Source: an uncultured Acidobacteriota bacterium
GTDB taxonomy: Bacteria > Acidobacteriota > Thermoanaerobaculia > UBA5066
Direction: 5' to 3'
Assembly (NCBI GenBank): GCA_963779415.1
Contig: CAVZYA010000001.1
Coordinates: forward strand, 1,152,001-1,216,000
DNA: 64,000 bases
Part shown: positions 1-9,697 of the stretch, piece by piece
Layout of the letters: every line of letters starts with the position of its first letter
Numbering within the stretch: position 1 is the first letter of the stretch
Translations under genes and position numbers: made by a program
Notes under the pieces: model-generated
Seen by the model: the letters and a program-made list of their open reading frames with translations, nothing else
What the model was told of the DNA's origin: nothing
Databases searched by the model: none

Positions 1-356
1 TCCACCGTGTTTGGCCACCGTGACCCCCGCCCCGGCCACGACGAGCGCCGTCGCCGTCGAGATGTTGAAGGTCAGGAGGCCGTCCCCGCCCGTCCCGCAG
101 ACGTCGACGGCGCTCCGGGCGAGAGCCTCGTCGACGGGCGGACGGCGCGAGCGGTCCCGGAGAACGTCCACGAGCCCCGCGACGTCCTCGGCGGCCTCTC
201 GCCGCGCGCCGCGAGGGCCGCGACGAACGCCGCCGCGAGGGCCCCCGGCTCGGGCCCGTCGAAGAGATCCTCGAACGCCCCGCGAGACTCCTCGCGCGAG
301 AGGTGACCGCCGCGCGTCACGGCACGGAGCGCCTCCCGAAGCCTCTCGCCGCTCAC
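1..356 (-). CDS. trpD: Anthranilate phosphoribosyltransferase, 5' part (runs off the left edge; apparent frameshifts)
   Basis: GTG at 356 overlaps the trpG stop. N-terminus [26 protein letters not shown]; another frame gives [15 protein letters not shown], the TrpD glycine-rich motif. Confidence 0.88.
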
Positions 357-920
357 GCGACCCCCCGCTCCACGAAGTTCCGGAGAAGCCTCTCTCCATC
401 CGGCGTCAGGATCGACTCCGGGTGGAACTGGACGCCGGCGAGGGGACGGCTCCGGTGGACGAGCCCCATGACGAGGCCGTCCGCCTCGGCCGTGAGGACG
501 AGGTCGGGCGGAACGGAGGAGCGCTCGACGACGAGCGAGTGGTACCGCGTCGCCGTGAAGGGGTTCGGGAGGCCGCGAGAAGATCCCGGTGCCGGAGTGC
601 GCGATCTCCGATGTCTTGCCGTGCATCAGGACGGGGGCGCGGACGACCCGGCCGCCGAAGACGAGGCCGAGGGCCTGATGGCCGAGGCAGACGCCGAGGA
701 GCGGGATCCGGTCGTTCCTCTCGATCAGCGCGCAGGAGACGCCGGCGTCCTCCGGCCGGCCCGGGCCCGGCGAAATGACGATCCGGTCGGGGCGCATCGC
801 GAGGAGGGCGTCGGCCGAGGCCGTGTCGTTCCTGAGGACGCGGACGTCGCCGTCCACCCGCGCGAGGAACTGCACGAGGTTGAACGTGAACGAGTCGTAG
901 TTGTCGATGACGAGGATCAT
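353..920 (-). CDS. trpG: Anthranilate synthase component II, glutamine amidotransferase (one apparent frameshift near 575-580)
   Basis: [31 protein letters not shown] and MHGKTS in the 72..1769 frame; RYHSL and GVQFHPES continue in another frame. Confidence 0.93.
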
Positions 921-2318
921 CCGCCGAAGGCTCCGTACTCCGCCGCGGCGTCCACGGCGCGCATCAGCGCCCGCGCCTTGTTCTCGCACTCGTCCGCCTC
1001 GGCGGCGGGGACCGAGTCGGCCACGATGCCGGCCCCGGCCTGGATGTGGAGGACGCCGTTCACGACGACCGCCGTCCGGATGGCGATCGCCACGTCGAGG
1101 TTCCCGGCGAAATCGACGTACCCGACGGCCCCGCCGTAGGGGCCGCGCCGGACCGGCTCGAGCGCCTCGATGATCTCCATCGCCCGGATCTTCGGCGCGC
1201 CCGACAGGGTCCCCGCCGGGAACGTCGCCGCGAGGGCGTCCACGGCGTCCCGTCCCGGCGCGAGCGACCCGACGACGCGGGAGGCAAGGTGCATGACGTG
1301 CGAGTAGCGCTCGACGGAGAAGAACTCCTTCACCGTGACGCTCCCCGGGACGGCGACCCGCCCCACGTCGTTGCGGCCTAGGTCGACGAGCATGACGTGC
1401 TCGGCGCGCTCCTTCTCGTCCGCGAGAAGCTCGCGCTCCAGGGCGAGATCTTCCTCGCGCGTGGCGCCGCGCGGGCGCGTTCCCGCGAGCGGGATCGTCT
1501 CCACCTCGGCCGGGCCTTCCCGCCGCCGGACGCGGACGAGCCTCTCCGGGGAGGCTCCGAAGATCGTCCCGTGCGGCGTCCGGAGAAAATACTGGTAGGG
1601 CGACGGGCTGATCCGGCGGAGCGCGCGGTAGAGAGCGAACGGGTCGCCGGTAAACGGCGCCGACCAGCGCCGCGAGAGGACGACCTGGAAGATGTCGCCC
1701 GCCCGGATGTGCTCTTTCGCCTCCTCGACCGCCGCCATGTAGTCGGCGCGCGGAAGGCTCTCGGTCCACGCCATCTCGGGCCCCGCGCGGCGTGAAGAGA
1801 CCGCCGGTGCCTCTGAGAGAAGGGAATCAGCGAGTTGGCCCAGACGCTCCCGCGACTCGGCCTGGCTCGGCGGGTGGAACTCGCGCAAGGAAGAGCAGCC
1901 GGTGCTTGACGTGGTCGAAGGCGATGACGTCGTCGAAGAGTCCGAACCATCCGTCCGGAAGGCCGACGGGATCGGGGTTCTTCGAGGGGAGCCGCTCCAG
2001 CCGCCGGACGGCGTCGTAGCCGAGATAGCCGACGGCGCCTCCCGTGAAAGGGGGGTCGTCCTCTCCCCGCGGGAGCGGCTCGTGCGGAACCGTCTTGAGC
2101 GCGGCGAAGGGATCCCCTCCCGCCGCCGGGAGCGACGCCGACGGCGCCGTTCCGAGGAACGACCAGCGTCCCAGCCGCTCGCCCCCTTCGACCGACTCGA
2201 GAAGAAAGCAGGGCTCCGCTCGTGAGAGGAGCGCGCGCATCACGGCCACGGGCGTCGTCATGTCGGCCGGCCGCTCCACCGAGACGAGGAGCCGCGAGGC
2301 GGCCGCCGCGGGCGTCAC
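917..2318 (-). CDS. trpE: Anthranilate synthase component I (apparent frameshift near 1888)
   Basis: N-terminal [19 protein letters not shown] and [12 protein letters not shown] (1827..3263 frame); C-terminal [57 protein letters not shown] (917..1888). Confidence 0.93.
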
Positions 2319-3745
2319 GCCGGCCTCTGCTCGCCCCGGCGCTCGCGGAGCTTCCGCTCGACGTCGGAGGGCGAGAGGCCGCGCGCGGTCAGGAGCACCG
2401 CGAGATGGTAGAGGAGGTCCGCCGCCTCTCCCGCGAGGGCGCCGTCGTCCTCGACGAGGGCGGCGAGCGCCGTTTCGACCCCCTCCTCGCCGACCTTCTT
2501 CGCGATCCTCGCGATCCCCGCGTCGAGGAGATGGTTCGTGTACGAGCCGGCGACCGGATTCTTCTGCCGGTCCGCCACGATGGAGAAGAGCGGCCCGAGG
2601 TCGAGCGCGGGTGCGGCCGCCGCGGCGTCGAGCGTCCGGGCGACGCGGAAGCACGAGCGGCTCCCCGTGTGACAGGCCGGCCCCTCGGGAACGACGTCGT
2701 AGACGACGGCGTCGCCGTCGCAGTCGACCGAGATCGAGGCGACCCGCTGGACGTTCCCCGACGTCTCCCCCTTCTTCCAGAGCTTCTTGCGCGAACGGCT
2801 GAAGAAATGCGAGAAGCCGGTCGTCCGCGTCAGCTCCAGCGCTTCCTCGCTGGCCCAGGCGAGCGTCAGCACCTCTCCGTTCCGGACGTCCCGGACCACG
2901 ACGGGGACGAGCCCGGCCTCGTCGAACGTGACGGGAAGCGGGCCCGCCGCCTCCGGGGCCGGCGCCACGCCGCCGAGACGGACGGGGATCCCCGCCGAGG
3001 AGAGGGCCTGCTTCACCTCGCCGATCGTGAAGACGCGCTCGTGGAAGACCCCCGCGGCGAGGACCGCGTCGGCCCCCCCGTCGCGAACCGCCGCCACGAA
3101 GTGCGCGAGCTTTCCGGCGCCGCCGGAGGCGACGATCGGCACGTCGGCCGCGCTCCGGACGGCGCGCAGCATCTCGACGTCGAATCCTTCCCGTGTCCCG
3201 TCCGCGTCGACGGAGGTGAGGAGGATCTCCCCCGCCCCGAGCGACGCCGCCTCGGCCGCCCACTCGACGACGCCGCGCCCCGTGATCCGCCGGCCGCCGT
3301 GCGTCGTGACGACGAGCCGCACGGCGCCCCCGTCACCGCGGACTCTCTTGCCGTCGAGCGCGAGGACGACGCACTGCGCCCCGAACTGCTCCGAGAGGCG
3401 CCGGATCAGCTCCGGCTCGGCGGCGGCCGCCGTGTTGACCGTCACGCGGTCGGCTCCCGCCTTCAGGAGCGAGTCGGCGTCCTCGACCGACCGGACCCCG
3501 CCTCCGACCGTGAAGGGGATCGAGAGGACCTCGGCCACGCGGGAGACGAGCGAGACGAGCGTCCCGCGGTTCTCGTGCGCCGCGGCGATGTCCAGGAACG
3601 TCAGCTCGTCGGCCCCTTCGGCCTCGTACCGCACCGCCGCCTCGACGGGGTCTCCCTCGTCGCGGAAGTCGACGAACCGCGTCCCTTTGACGACCCGCCC
3701 CGCCGCCACGTCGAGACAGGGGATCACCCGGACCGCCAGCGTCAT
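2315..3745 (-). CDS. hisF: Trifunctional HisF-HisI-HisE fusion (IGP synthase cyclase + PR-AMP cyclohydrolase + PR-ATP pyrophosphatase)
   Basis: One 476-aa frame carries [18 protein letters not shown] and [15 protein letters not shown] (HisF), [22 protein letters not shown] and ACHTG (HisI), and KKVGEE and EAADLLYH (HisE). Confidence 0.92.
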   Translation of the reverse strand: MTLAVRVIPCLDVAAGRVVKGTRFVDFRDEGDPVEAAVRYEAEGADELTFLDIAAAHENRGTLVSLVSRVAEVLSIPFTVGGGVRSVEDADSLLKAGADRVTVNTAAAAEPELIRRLSEQFGAQCVVLALDGKRVRGDGGAVRLVVTTHGGRRITGRGVVEWAAEAASLGAGEILLTSVDADGTREGFDVEMLRAVRSAADVPIVASGGAGKLAHFVAAVRDGGADAVLAAGVFHERVFTIGEVKQALSSAGIPVRLGGVAPAPEAAGPLPVTFDEAGLVPVVVRDVRNGEVLTLAWASEEALELTRTTGFSHFFSRSRKKLWKKGETSGNVQRVASISVDCDGDAVVYDVVPEGPACHTGSRSCFRVARTLDAAAAAPALDLGPLFSIVADRQKNPVAGSYTNHLLDAGIARIAKKVGEEGVETALAALVEDDGALAGEAADLLYHLAVLLTARGLSPSDVERKLRERRGEQRPA

Positions 3746-4503
3746 CGCGTCCTCCCTTCCGCGGCGAGAGCGGCCGAGAGCCGCGTCACGCTCGTCGCCC
3801 CGAGGTGCAGGGCCCTGCCGAAGATCGCCCCTCGCGCGCCTCCGGCAAGGGCCGCGTCCACCGGAGAGAGGTCTTCCTCGCCGCGCATCCCGCCCGAGGC
3901 GAGGATCTCTCCGGGAAAGACCGCGCGGACCGAGGCGAGAAGCTCGAGGTTCGGCCCCTCCATCGCCCCGTCGCGTGCCACGTCGGTGACGAGGAGCGCC
4001 GTGACGCCCAGAGAAGAAAGCTCCTTCGCGACGGATACCGCATTTCCCGCACCGGCGTCCCGAGTCCAGCCGGAGGTCGTGGGCCGGCCGTCCTTGCAGT
4101 CCAGCGCCACGACGAATCGGGCGGAAGAAAATCTTCTTAGAAGGGTAAGAAAGACCGTCCGGTCGAGAAACGGCAGGCTGCCGAGAACGACCCGGTCGCC
4201 CCTCTTCCTTTCAAAGAAATCCTCGACGGCCTTTTCCGTGCGCAGTCCTCCCCCGACTTGAACCGGAATTCCCGCTCTTTCGACAATCTTGAGGATCACC
4301 GTCCGGTTCTCCCCCCGGCCGAAGGCCGCGTCGAGGTCCACGACGTGGATCCCGTCGGCCCCTTCGCTCTCGAAACGCCGGGCCGCCTCCACCGGGTCGA
4401 CATCGTAGACCGTCGTCTTCTCGAGGTCGCCCCGGAGCAGACGGACGACGCGCCCCTCCTTCAGGTCGAGGGACGGCCAGAGCGCGAGGCGGTCCGCGCT
4501 CAC
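3742..4503 (-). CDS. hisA: ProFAR isomerase
   Basis: [47 protein letters not shown]; GTG start overlaps the hisH stop. Confidence 0.95.
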   Translation of the reverse strand: MSADRLALWPSLDLKEGRVVRLLRGDLEKTTVYDVDPVEAARRFESEGADGIHVVDLDAAFGRGENRTVILKIVERAGIPVQVGGGLRTEKAVEDFFERKRGDRVVLGSLPFLDRTVFLTLLRRFSSARFVVALDCKDGRPTTSGWTRDAGAGNAVSVAKELSSLGVTALLVTDVARDGAMEGPNLELLASVRAVFPGEILASGGMRGEEDLSPVDAALAGGARGAIFGRALHLGATSVTRLSAALAAEGRTR

Positions 4504-5117
4504 ACGGGCTCCGGAGCGAGGAAGTTCCGGAGGAGCTTCCGCCCCGCGTCGGAAGACTTCTCGGGATGGAACTGGCACCCCCAGACGTTCCCGCATTGGA
4601 TGGCGGCCGGGAAGGAACCGCCGTACTCGCACGTCGCGGCGACGTCCTCGGGGTCGACCCCCTCCGGGCGGTACGAGTGGACGAAGTAGACGTACGTTCC
4701 GGACGGGACGCCGGAGAGGAGCCCGCCCTCCCTCGCGACGTCGAGCGCGTTCCAGCCGACGTGCGGTATCCGGACGCCTCCGCCGAAAGGAACGATCCGC
4801 CCTCGCACGACGCCGAGGCCGGGTGTCTTTCCGTGCTCCTCGCTCTCGTCGAAGAGGAGCTGGAAGCCGAGGCAGAGTCCGAGGAGGCGCGAGCCGTTCC
4901 GGACGGCTTCGAGGAGCGCCGAGTCGAGGCCGGTCTCCTCGAGCCGTTTGCGGGCCGGGCCGAACGCGCCGACGCCGGGAAGGACGATCCGGCCCGCGGA
5001 CGCGACGTGCGCCGGATCCGCCGTCAGGAGCACCTCCGCCCCGAGGCGCCGGAAGGCGCGCGTCACGGAGGCGATGTTTCCCACGCCGTAGTCGACGAGC
5101 GTCACGGAGTCCGTCAT
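4500..5117 (-). CDS. hisH: Imidazole glycerol phosphate synthase glutaminase subunit
   Basis: VDYGVGNIASV, LPGVGAFG, GLCLGFQ, PHVGWN, YFVHSY, QFHPEKS. Confidence 0.95.
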   Translation of the reverse strand: MTDSVTLVDYGVGNIASVTRAFRRLGAEVLLTADPAHVASAGRIVLPGVGAFGPARKRLEETGLDSALLEAVRNGSRLLGLCLGFQLLFDESEEHGKTPGLGVVRGRIVPFGGGVRIPHVGWNALDVAREGGLLSGVPSGTYVYFVHSYRPEGVDPEDVAATCEYGGSFPAAIQCGNVWGCQFHPEKSSDAGRKLLRNFLAPEPV

Positions 5118-5710
5118 GCCGTCAGCGTCCCTTTCGTCGAGAGGATCCCGGTCCCCGTCCGCTCCGCGGCGATCCGGAGGGCCCGCGCCGCCGACTTGAA
5201 GACCGCCTCGGCCGCGTGGTGGCCGTTTCTTGCCCGGATCACGTCGACGTGCAGGTTCAGCTTTCCGCGAAAGGCCGCGGACTTCCAGAACTCCTCGACG
5301 AGGGCGAAGGGGAACTCCTTCGTCACGAGGAGGAGCTCCTTGTCGACCGGCGACTCGAAGACGAGGAACGGGCGCCCGGAGAGGTCGACGACGGATCGCG
5401 CGAGCGCCTCGTCGAGAGGGACCGTGCACTCGCCGAACCGCTCGATCCCCGCCCGGTCGCCGAGGGCCGTCGCGAGCGCGTCCCCGAACGCGAGCCCCAC
5501 GTCCTCGACGGTGTGGTGCGCGTCGACGTGCGTGTCGCCCGTCGCGCGGACGAAAAGGTCGAATCGTCCGTGCTTCGCGACCGCCTCCAGCATGTGCGAG
5601 AGAAACCCGACGGGCGTCTCGACGTCCGCCTTTCCCGTCCCGTCGAGCTCGAGCTCGAGCGTGACCGACGTCTCCTTCGTCGTCCGCGAGACCTTTCCGA
5701 CCCGGCTCAT
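5114..5710 (-). CDS. hisB: Imidazoleglycerol-phosphate dehydratase
   Basis: RTTKET, FLSHML, DAHHTVEDVG, PLDEAL, NGHHAAEAVFK, STKGTL. Confidence 0.96.
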   Translation of the reverse strand: MSRVGKVSRTTKETSVTLELELDGTGKADVETPVGFLSHMLEAVAKHGRFDLFVRATGDTHVDAHHTVEDVGLAFGDALATALGDRAGIERFGECTVPLDEALARSVVDLSGRPFLVFESPVDKELLLVTKEFPFALVEEFWKSAAFRGKLNLHVDVIRARNGHHAAEAVFKSAARALRIAAERTGTGILSTKGTLTA

Positions 5711-6792
5711 CGCTCCTCCTTCCTCCGGACGATCTCCCGGAGCTCCGCGAGGAAGAGGTCATTCTCCTCGCGCCGCCCGACCGTGACGCGGAGCCTTCCC
5801 GGCGCGGACGGTCCGAGGTCGCGGACGAGGATCCCCCGCCCGAGAAGCTCCTTCCCCACCCGCTCCGCCTCGCCTCCCGGCGGCTCGACGAAGAGAAAGT
5901 TCCCCGCGGCGGGCGCCACCTTCGCGCCCATCCGCGAAAGCTCGCCGGCGACCCGGTCCCGCTCCCGGACGATCTCGGCGACGCGCGCACGCGCCGGCGC
6001 CGGATTCTCGAGAAGGGCGACGGCCAGCTCCTCCGCCGCCTGGTCGACGCTGAACGGGAGGACCGCCTTTCCGACTTCCCGGGCGAGGTCGGGACGGGCG
6101 ACGGCGTACCCGATCCGGAAGCCGGCGGCCGAGAAGGCCTTCGAGAAGGTCCGGAAGACGACGACGTTCTTCCCTTCGTCGACGAGCGGAAGAGCGCTCG
6201 CCTCCGCGGGGGCGAAATCGACGTACGCCTGGTCGACGAGAGCGACCGGAAAGGCGTCTGCGAGCTTTCGTAGGAACGGGAGTCCGGCCGCCGTCCCGGT
6301 CGGGTTGTTCGGCGAGCAGATCAGCGGGACCGTCCGCGGCGGCTCTCCGGCCGTTCGGAGGATCGCGGCCTCGTCGAACGCGAACTCGTCCCCCACGAGC
6401 GGGACCGTGACGACGTCGGCCTGCGCGATGGCGGCGAGCTGCGGGTAGAGCGAGAAGGTCGGCGGAGTCAGGAGGAGCCGCCCTCCCCCGGCGAAGACGT
6501 TGATCGCGGCGAGGACGATCTCGCCCGATCCGTTCCCGACGACGATCTCCTCCGGGCTTCGCCCGAGCAGGGCCGCGATCGCGCTCCGGAGCCTCCCCGA
6601 CCCGAACTCCGGATAGAGCGCCCAGCGCCGCCCCTTGAGCCGCGCGAGGACCTTCTCCTTCACCTCGTCCGGGACGTCGAAGGGCGATTCGTTGAAGTCC
6701 AGCTTCGCGCGGACCGGCACGGGAAGATCGGAGACGAGCGCGTAAGACTTCAGCGCCGCGATGCCGGGACGGGCCGGAGTTCCCGCCGTCAC
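5707..6792 (-). CDS. hisC: Histidinol-phosphate aminotransferase
   Basis: KLDFNESP, GNGSGE, CSPNNPTG, DQAYVDF, RTFSKAFSAAGFRIGY; start inferred at the GTG overlapping the hisD stop. Confidence 0.93.
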   Translation of the reverse strand: MTAGTPARPGIAALKSYALVSDLPVPVRAKLDFNESPFDVPDEVKEKVLARLKGRRWALYPEFGSGRLRSAIAALLGRSPEEIVVGNGSGEIVLAAINVFAGGGRLLLTPPTFSLYPQLAAIAQADVVTVPLVGDEFAFDEAAILRTAGEPPRTVPLICSPNNPTGTAAGLPFLRKLADAFPVALVDQAYVDFAPAEASALPLVDEGKNVVVFRTFSKAFSAAGFRIGYAVARPDLAREVGKAVLPFSVDQAAEELAVALLENPAPARARVAEIVRERDRVAGELSRMGAKVAPAAGNFLFVEPPGGEAERVGKELLGRGILVRDLGPSAPGRLRVTVGRREENDLFLAELREIVRRKEER

Positions 6793-8075
6793 GAGAGCCT
6801 CCGCCCCGCGGAACGTTCGTGCGCGACGAGCCCCTCGAACCGGGCCAGCGTGGCCGCCGCCGGGCCGAGCCGACGCGCCGCGCCCGGCGGGACCTCGACG
6901 CTCCGCCCCCATCGGAAGAAGTCGCGGACCGAGAGCCCCGAGAAGCTCCGCCCCGCGCCTCCCGTCGGGAGAACGTGGTTCGGGCCCGCCACGTAGTCAC
7001 CGAACGCCGTCGGCGTCGAAGAGCCGACGAAGAGCGCTCCGGCCGTGGGAAGCAGCGCGCGGGCGAGCTTCTCCGCCGGCTTTCCCATCACCTGAACGTG
7101 CTCGGCGGCGACGTCGACGCCCGCGGAGACGGCCTCTCCGAGTCCGGAGAAGACGACGATGCGTCCTCTCTTCCGGAGGGACGCCCGGATGACGGAGCGG
7201 ACGGATCCCGCTTCGAAGGCTCCGACCTGCGTGACGACTTCCCGCGCGACCGCCTTCGCGAGCCTCTCCGAGTCCGTGAAGAGGAGCCCGATCGCGTCCG
7301 GGTCGTGCTCGGCCTGCGCGAGGAGGTCCGCGGCCACGAGGTCGGCGCGGGCGTCTCCGGAGGCGACGACGAGGACTTCGGACGGGCCGGCGGGAAGATC
7401 CACCGACACAAGCCCCGAGACGAGGTGCTTGGCCGCCGCGACCCACCGGCTGCCGGGGCCGACGATCTTCGCGCAGCCGGCCACCGAGACGAGCCCCGCG
7501 ATCCCGTGGGCGCCCCCCGCGAGGAGCACCTCGCGGATTCCGAGCTCTCGAAGCGCCCACCGGAGCTCCGCGCTCCCGAGGTAGGCGCGCGGCGGCGTCG
7601 CGACGACGATTCTCTGGACGCCCGCCACCTGTGCGGGGACGACCCCCATCAGGAGCGACGAGGGATAGAAGGCGCGCCCGCCGGGGACGTAGACCCCGAC
7701 CGAGTCGAGAGGGAAGGGCTTCTCGACGAACCGGACGCCGAGCGCGTCCCGGAAGGAGAACCCCCGCGGAATCTGGCGCCGGTGGTACGTCTCGATCCGT
7801 CGCCGCGCCAGCCGGAAGGCGCGGACGAATGAGCGGTCGACCGCCAGGGACGGACCGAGAGAGGGATCGACGAGGATCTTCTTAGAAGGAAGAGAGACCC
7901 CATCGAATCTATGGACGAACTTCGCGAGAGCCCCTCTTCCCCTTCTAAGAATCTCTTCAACTATCGGTAGGACTTCGCGCAGCGTTCGAAAATCGACTTC
8001 GCCGCGCCGTCCCGCAAGAAGCCGTTCCAGCTCTTTTCTTCCCTTCACGGTTCTTGCGTCGACGATCTTCAGCAT
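6789..8075 (-). CDS. hisD: Histidinol dehydrogenase
   Basis: VGVYVPGGRAFYPSS, KIVGPG, DLPAGPSEV, DLLAQAEHD, GDYVAGPNHVLPT. Confidence 0.96.
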   Translation of the reverse strand: MLKIVDARTVKGRKELERLLAGRRGEVDFRTLREVLPIVEEILRRGRGALAKFVHRFDGVSLPSKKILVDPSLGPSLAVDRSFVRAFRLARRRIETYHRRQIPRGFSFRDALGVRFVEKPFPLDSVGVYVPGGRAFYPSSLLMGVVPAQVAGVQRIVVATPPRAYLGSAELRWALRELGIREVLLAGGAHGIAGLVSVAGCAKIVGPGSRWVAAAKHLVSGLVSVDLPAGPSEVLVVASGDARADLVAADLLAQAEHDPDAIGLLFTDSERLAKAVAREVVTQVGAFEAGSVRSVIRASLRKRGRIVVFSGLGEAVSAGVDVAAEHVQVMGKPAEKLARALLPTAGALFVGSSTPTAFGDYVAGPNHVLPTGGAGRSFSGLSVRDFFRWGRSVEVPPGAARRLGPAAATLARFEGLVAHERSAGRRLS

Positions 8076-9697
8076 GCCTCCCCCACGGCGGCCCGGAGGC
8101 GCCGGACGAGATCCGCGACCTCTTCGCGGCGGGAGACGAGGGCCGCGCGCCCGGCGATCAGGACGGCCCGGCTCCTCGCGATCGTTTCGATCTCCGTAAG
8201 GCCGTTCGCGGCCATCGTGGAGCCGGTCTCGATCAGGTCGACGACGGCGTCCGTCAGGCGAAGGGCGGCCGCCAGCTCGACGGAGCCCGCGAGCGGGACG
8301 ATCTCGAACGGGACCTTCCGCGCGTCGAAGAAGCGGGCGGCCGACCGGCGGTACTTCGTCCCGACGCGGATCGGGTGCCCGTTCGGGCGGGGCGGATCCC
8401 CCGTACGGCCGATGAGCGAGAGGCGACAGACGCCGAAGGGGAACTCCATCGGCGAGAAGACCTCCTCGCCCGACTCTTCGACGCGGTCGCTTCCGACGAT
8501 CCCGAGGTCGGCGCCGCCGTGGGCGACGTAGGTCGGGACGTCGTCGTCCTTCAGGAGGAGAAGCTCGACCCGCCCGGAGAGGTCGGCGAGGACGAGCCGC
8601 CGGCCGTCCGGCTCCGGAAGCTCCACGCCCGCGGTGCGCAGCACGCCGAGCGCCTCCGGCAGGAGCCGCCCCTTCCCTACGGCGAGACGGAGCGGCCTCC
8701 GCGCGCCCGGGCTCTCCGGCCCCGCGAGAGCCGTCGAGAGCGCTTCGAGGCCGACACAGAAGCCGAGAGCCGGCATCGGCGCGCCGAAGCGGCCGAGGAG
8801 GCCGTCGTACCGTCCCCCCGAAGCCAGAGGCGCCGCGCCGTCCGCGGCGTCGATCGCGAACGTGATGCCGGTGTAGTAGGGGGCCTCCGGAGTTCCGGCG
8901 AGGTCGACGACCACGGAGATCCCGGGGCGCGCCGCTCGTACCGCGGCTCCCGCGCGGAGGAGCGCCTCCGCCCCTTCGCGGAGGACCGGCGCGCCGAAGA
9001 GCGGCGAGGCGGGATCGAATCCGGAAAGGAGCGACCGGGCGATCTCGGCCGCTCGATCGCGGGTCGCGCCCGCTTCGAAGAGACGCTTCTCGACCGAGCT
9101 GACGCGCCGCGCCCGCGCTTCTTCCTCGGCAGCCCCGAGCGAGGCCCCATCCCCGCGGGCGAGGGCCGGAGCCGTGGCCGCGAGGAGCGACGGGAGAAGC
9201 CCCGCGAAGCCGAGCGTCACATGGAGCCGCTCAGTCGGGATCTCTGCGAGGCAATCGAGCGCGAGGGCGAGCATCGTTTCGTCCGCCGTGAACGACGGGT
9301 CGCCGTACCGTTCGGCCCCCACCTGCGCGAACTCGCGGGCCCGGCCGACGCCGCTCGGCTCGTCCCGGACGACGTCGCCGCGATAGAAGAGGGAAAGCGG
9401 AAACGCATCGGGCGAGAGGCGAGGCGCCACGACGCGGGCCGCCATCGGCGTGAAGTCGGCCCGAAGCGAGAGAGTCTGCCCCTCCCGGTCGAGGAACCGG
9501 TAGAGGCGCTCGTCCCCCTCGGCCGTGACGCCCCGGTAGGGGTCGGCGTAGTCGAGGACCGGAAGGATCACCTCCGCGAGGCCCGCCGCGACGAGGCGCG
9601 AGACGACCGCGTCTTCCGCCTTTCGACGGCGCGCGGCCGCCTCGAAAAGGAAGGCCGAGACGCCGCGCGGGAGATTCGGATCGGGGGAGGGGCTCAT
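8069..9697 (-). CDS. hisZ: Fused ATP phosphoribosyltransferase regulatory subunit HisZ + short-form HisG
   Basis: N-terminal LPRGV, LRADFT, REFAQVGAE, YYTGITF, SGGRYDGL (HisZ) continue in frame into LAVGKGRL, DDVPTYV, DLGIVGSD, GTKY, GSVELA, VDLIETGSTMAANGL (short HisG). ATG at 9697 overlaps the aroE stop. Confidence 0.9.
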   Translation of the reverse strand: MSPSPDPNLPRGVSAFLFEAAARRRKAEDAVVSRLVAAGLAEVILPVLDYADPYRGVTAEGDERLYRFLDREGQTLSLRADFTPMAARVVAPRLSPDAFPLSLFYRGDVVRDEPSGVGRAREFAQVGAERYGDPSFTADETMLALALDCLAEIPTERLHVTLGFAGLLPSLLAATAPALARGDGASLGAAEEEARARRVSSVEKRLFEAGATRDRAAEIARSLLSGFDPASPLFGAPVLREGAEALLRAGAAVRAARPGISVVVDLAGTPEAPYYTGITFAIDAADGAAPLASGGRYDGLLGRFGAPMPALGFCVGLEALSTALAGPESPGARRPLRLAVGKGRLLPEALGVLRTAGVELPEPDGRRLVLADLSGRVELLLLKDDDVPTYVAHGGADLGIVGSDRVEESGEEVFSPMEFPFGVCRLSLIGRTGDPPRPNGHPIRVGTKYRRSAARFFDARKVPFEIVPLAGSVELAAALRLTDAVVDLIETGSTMAANGLTEIETIARSRAVLIAGRAALVSRREEVADLVRRLRAAVGEAC

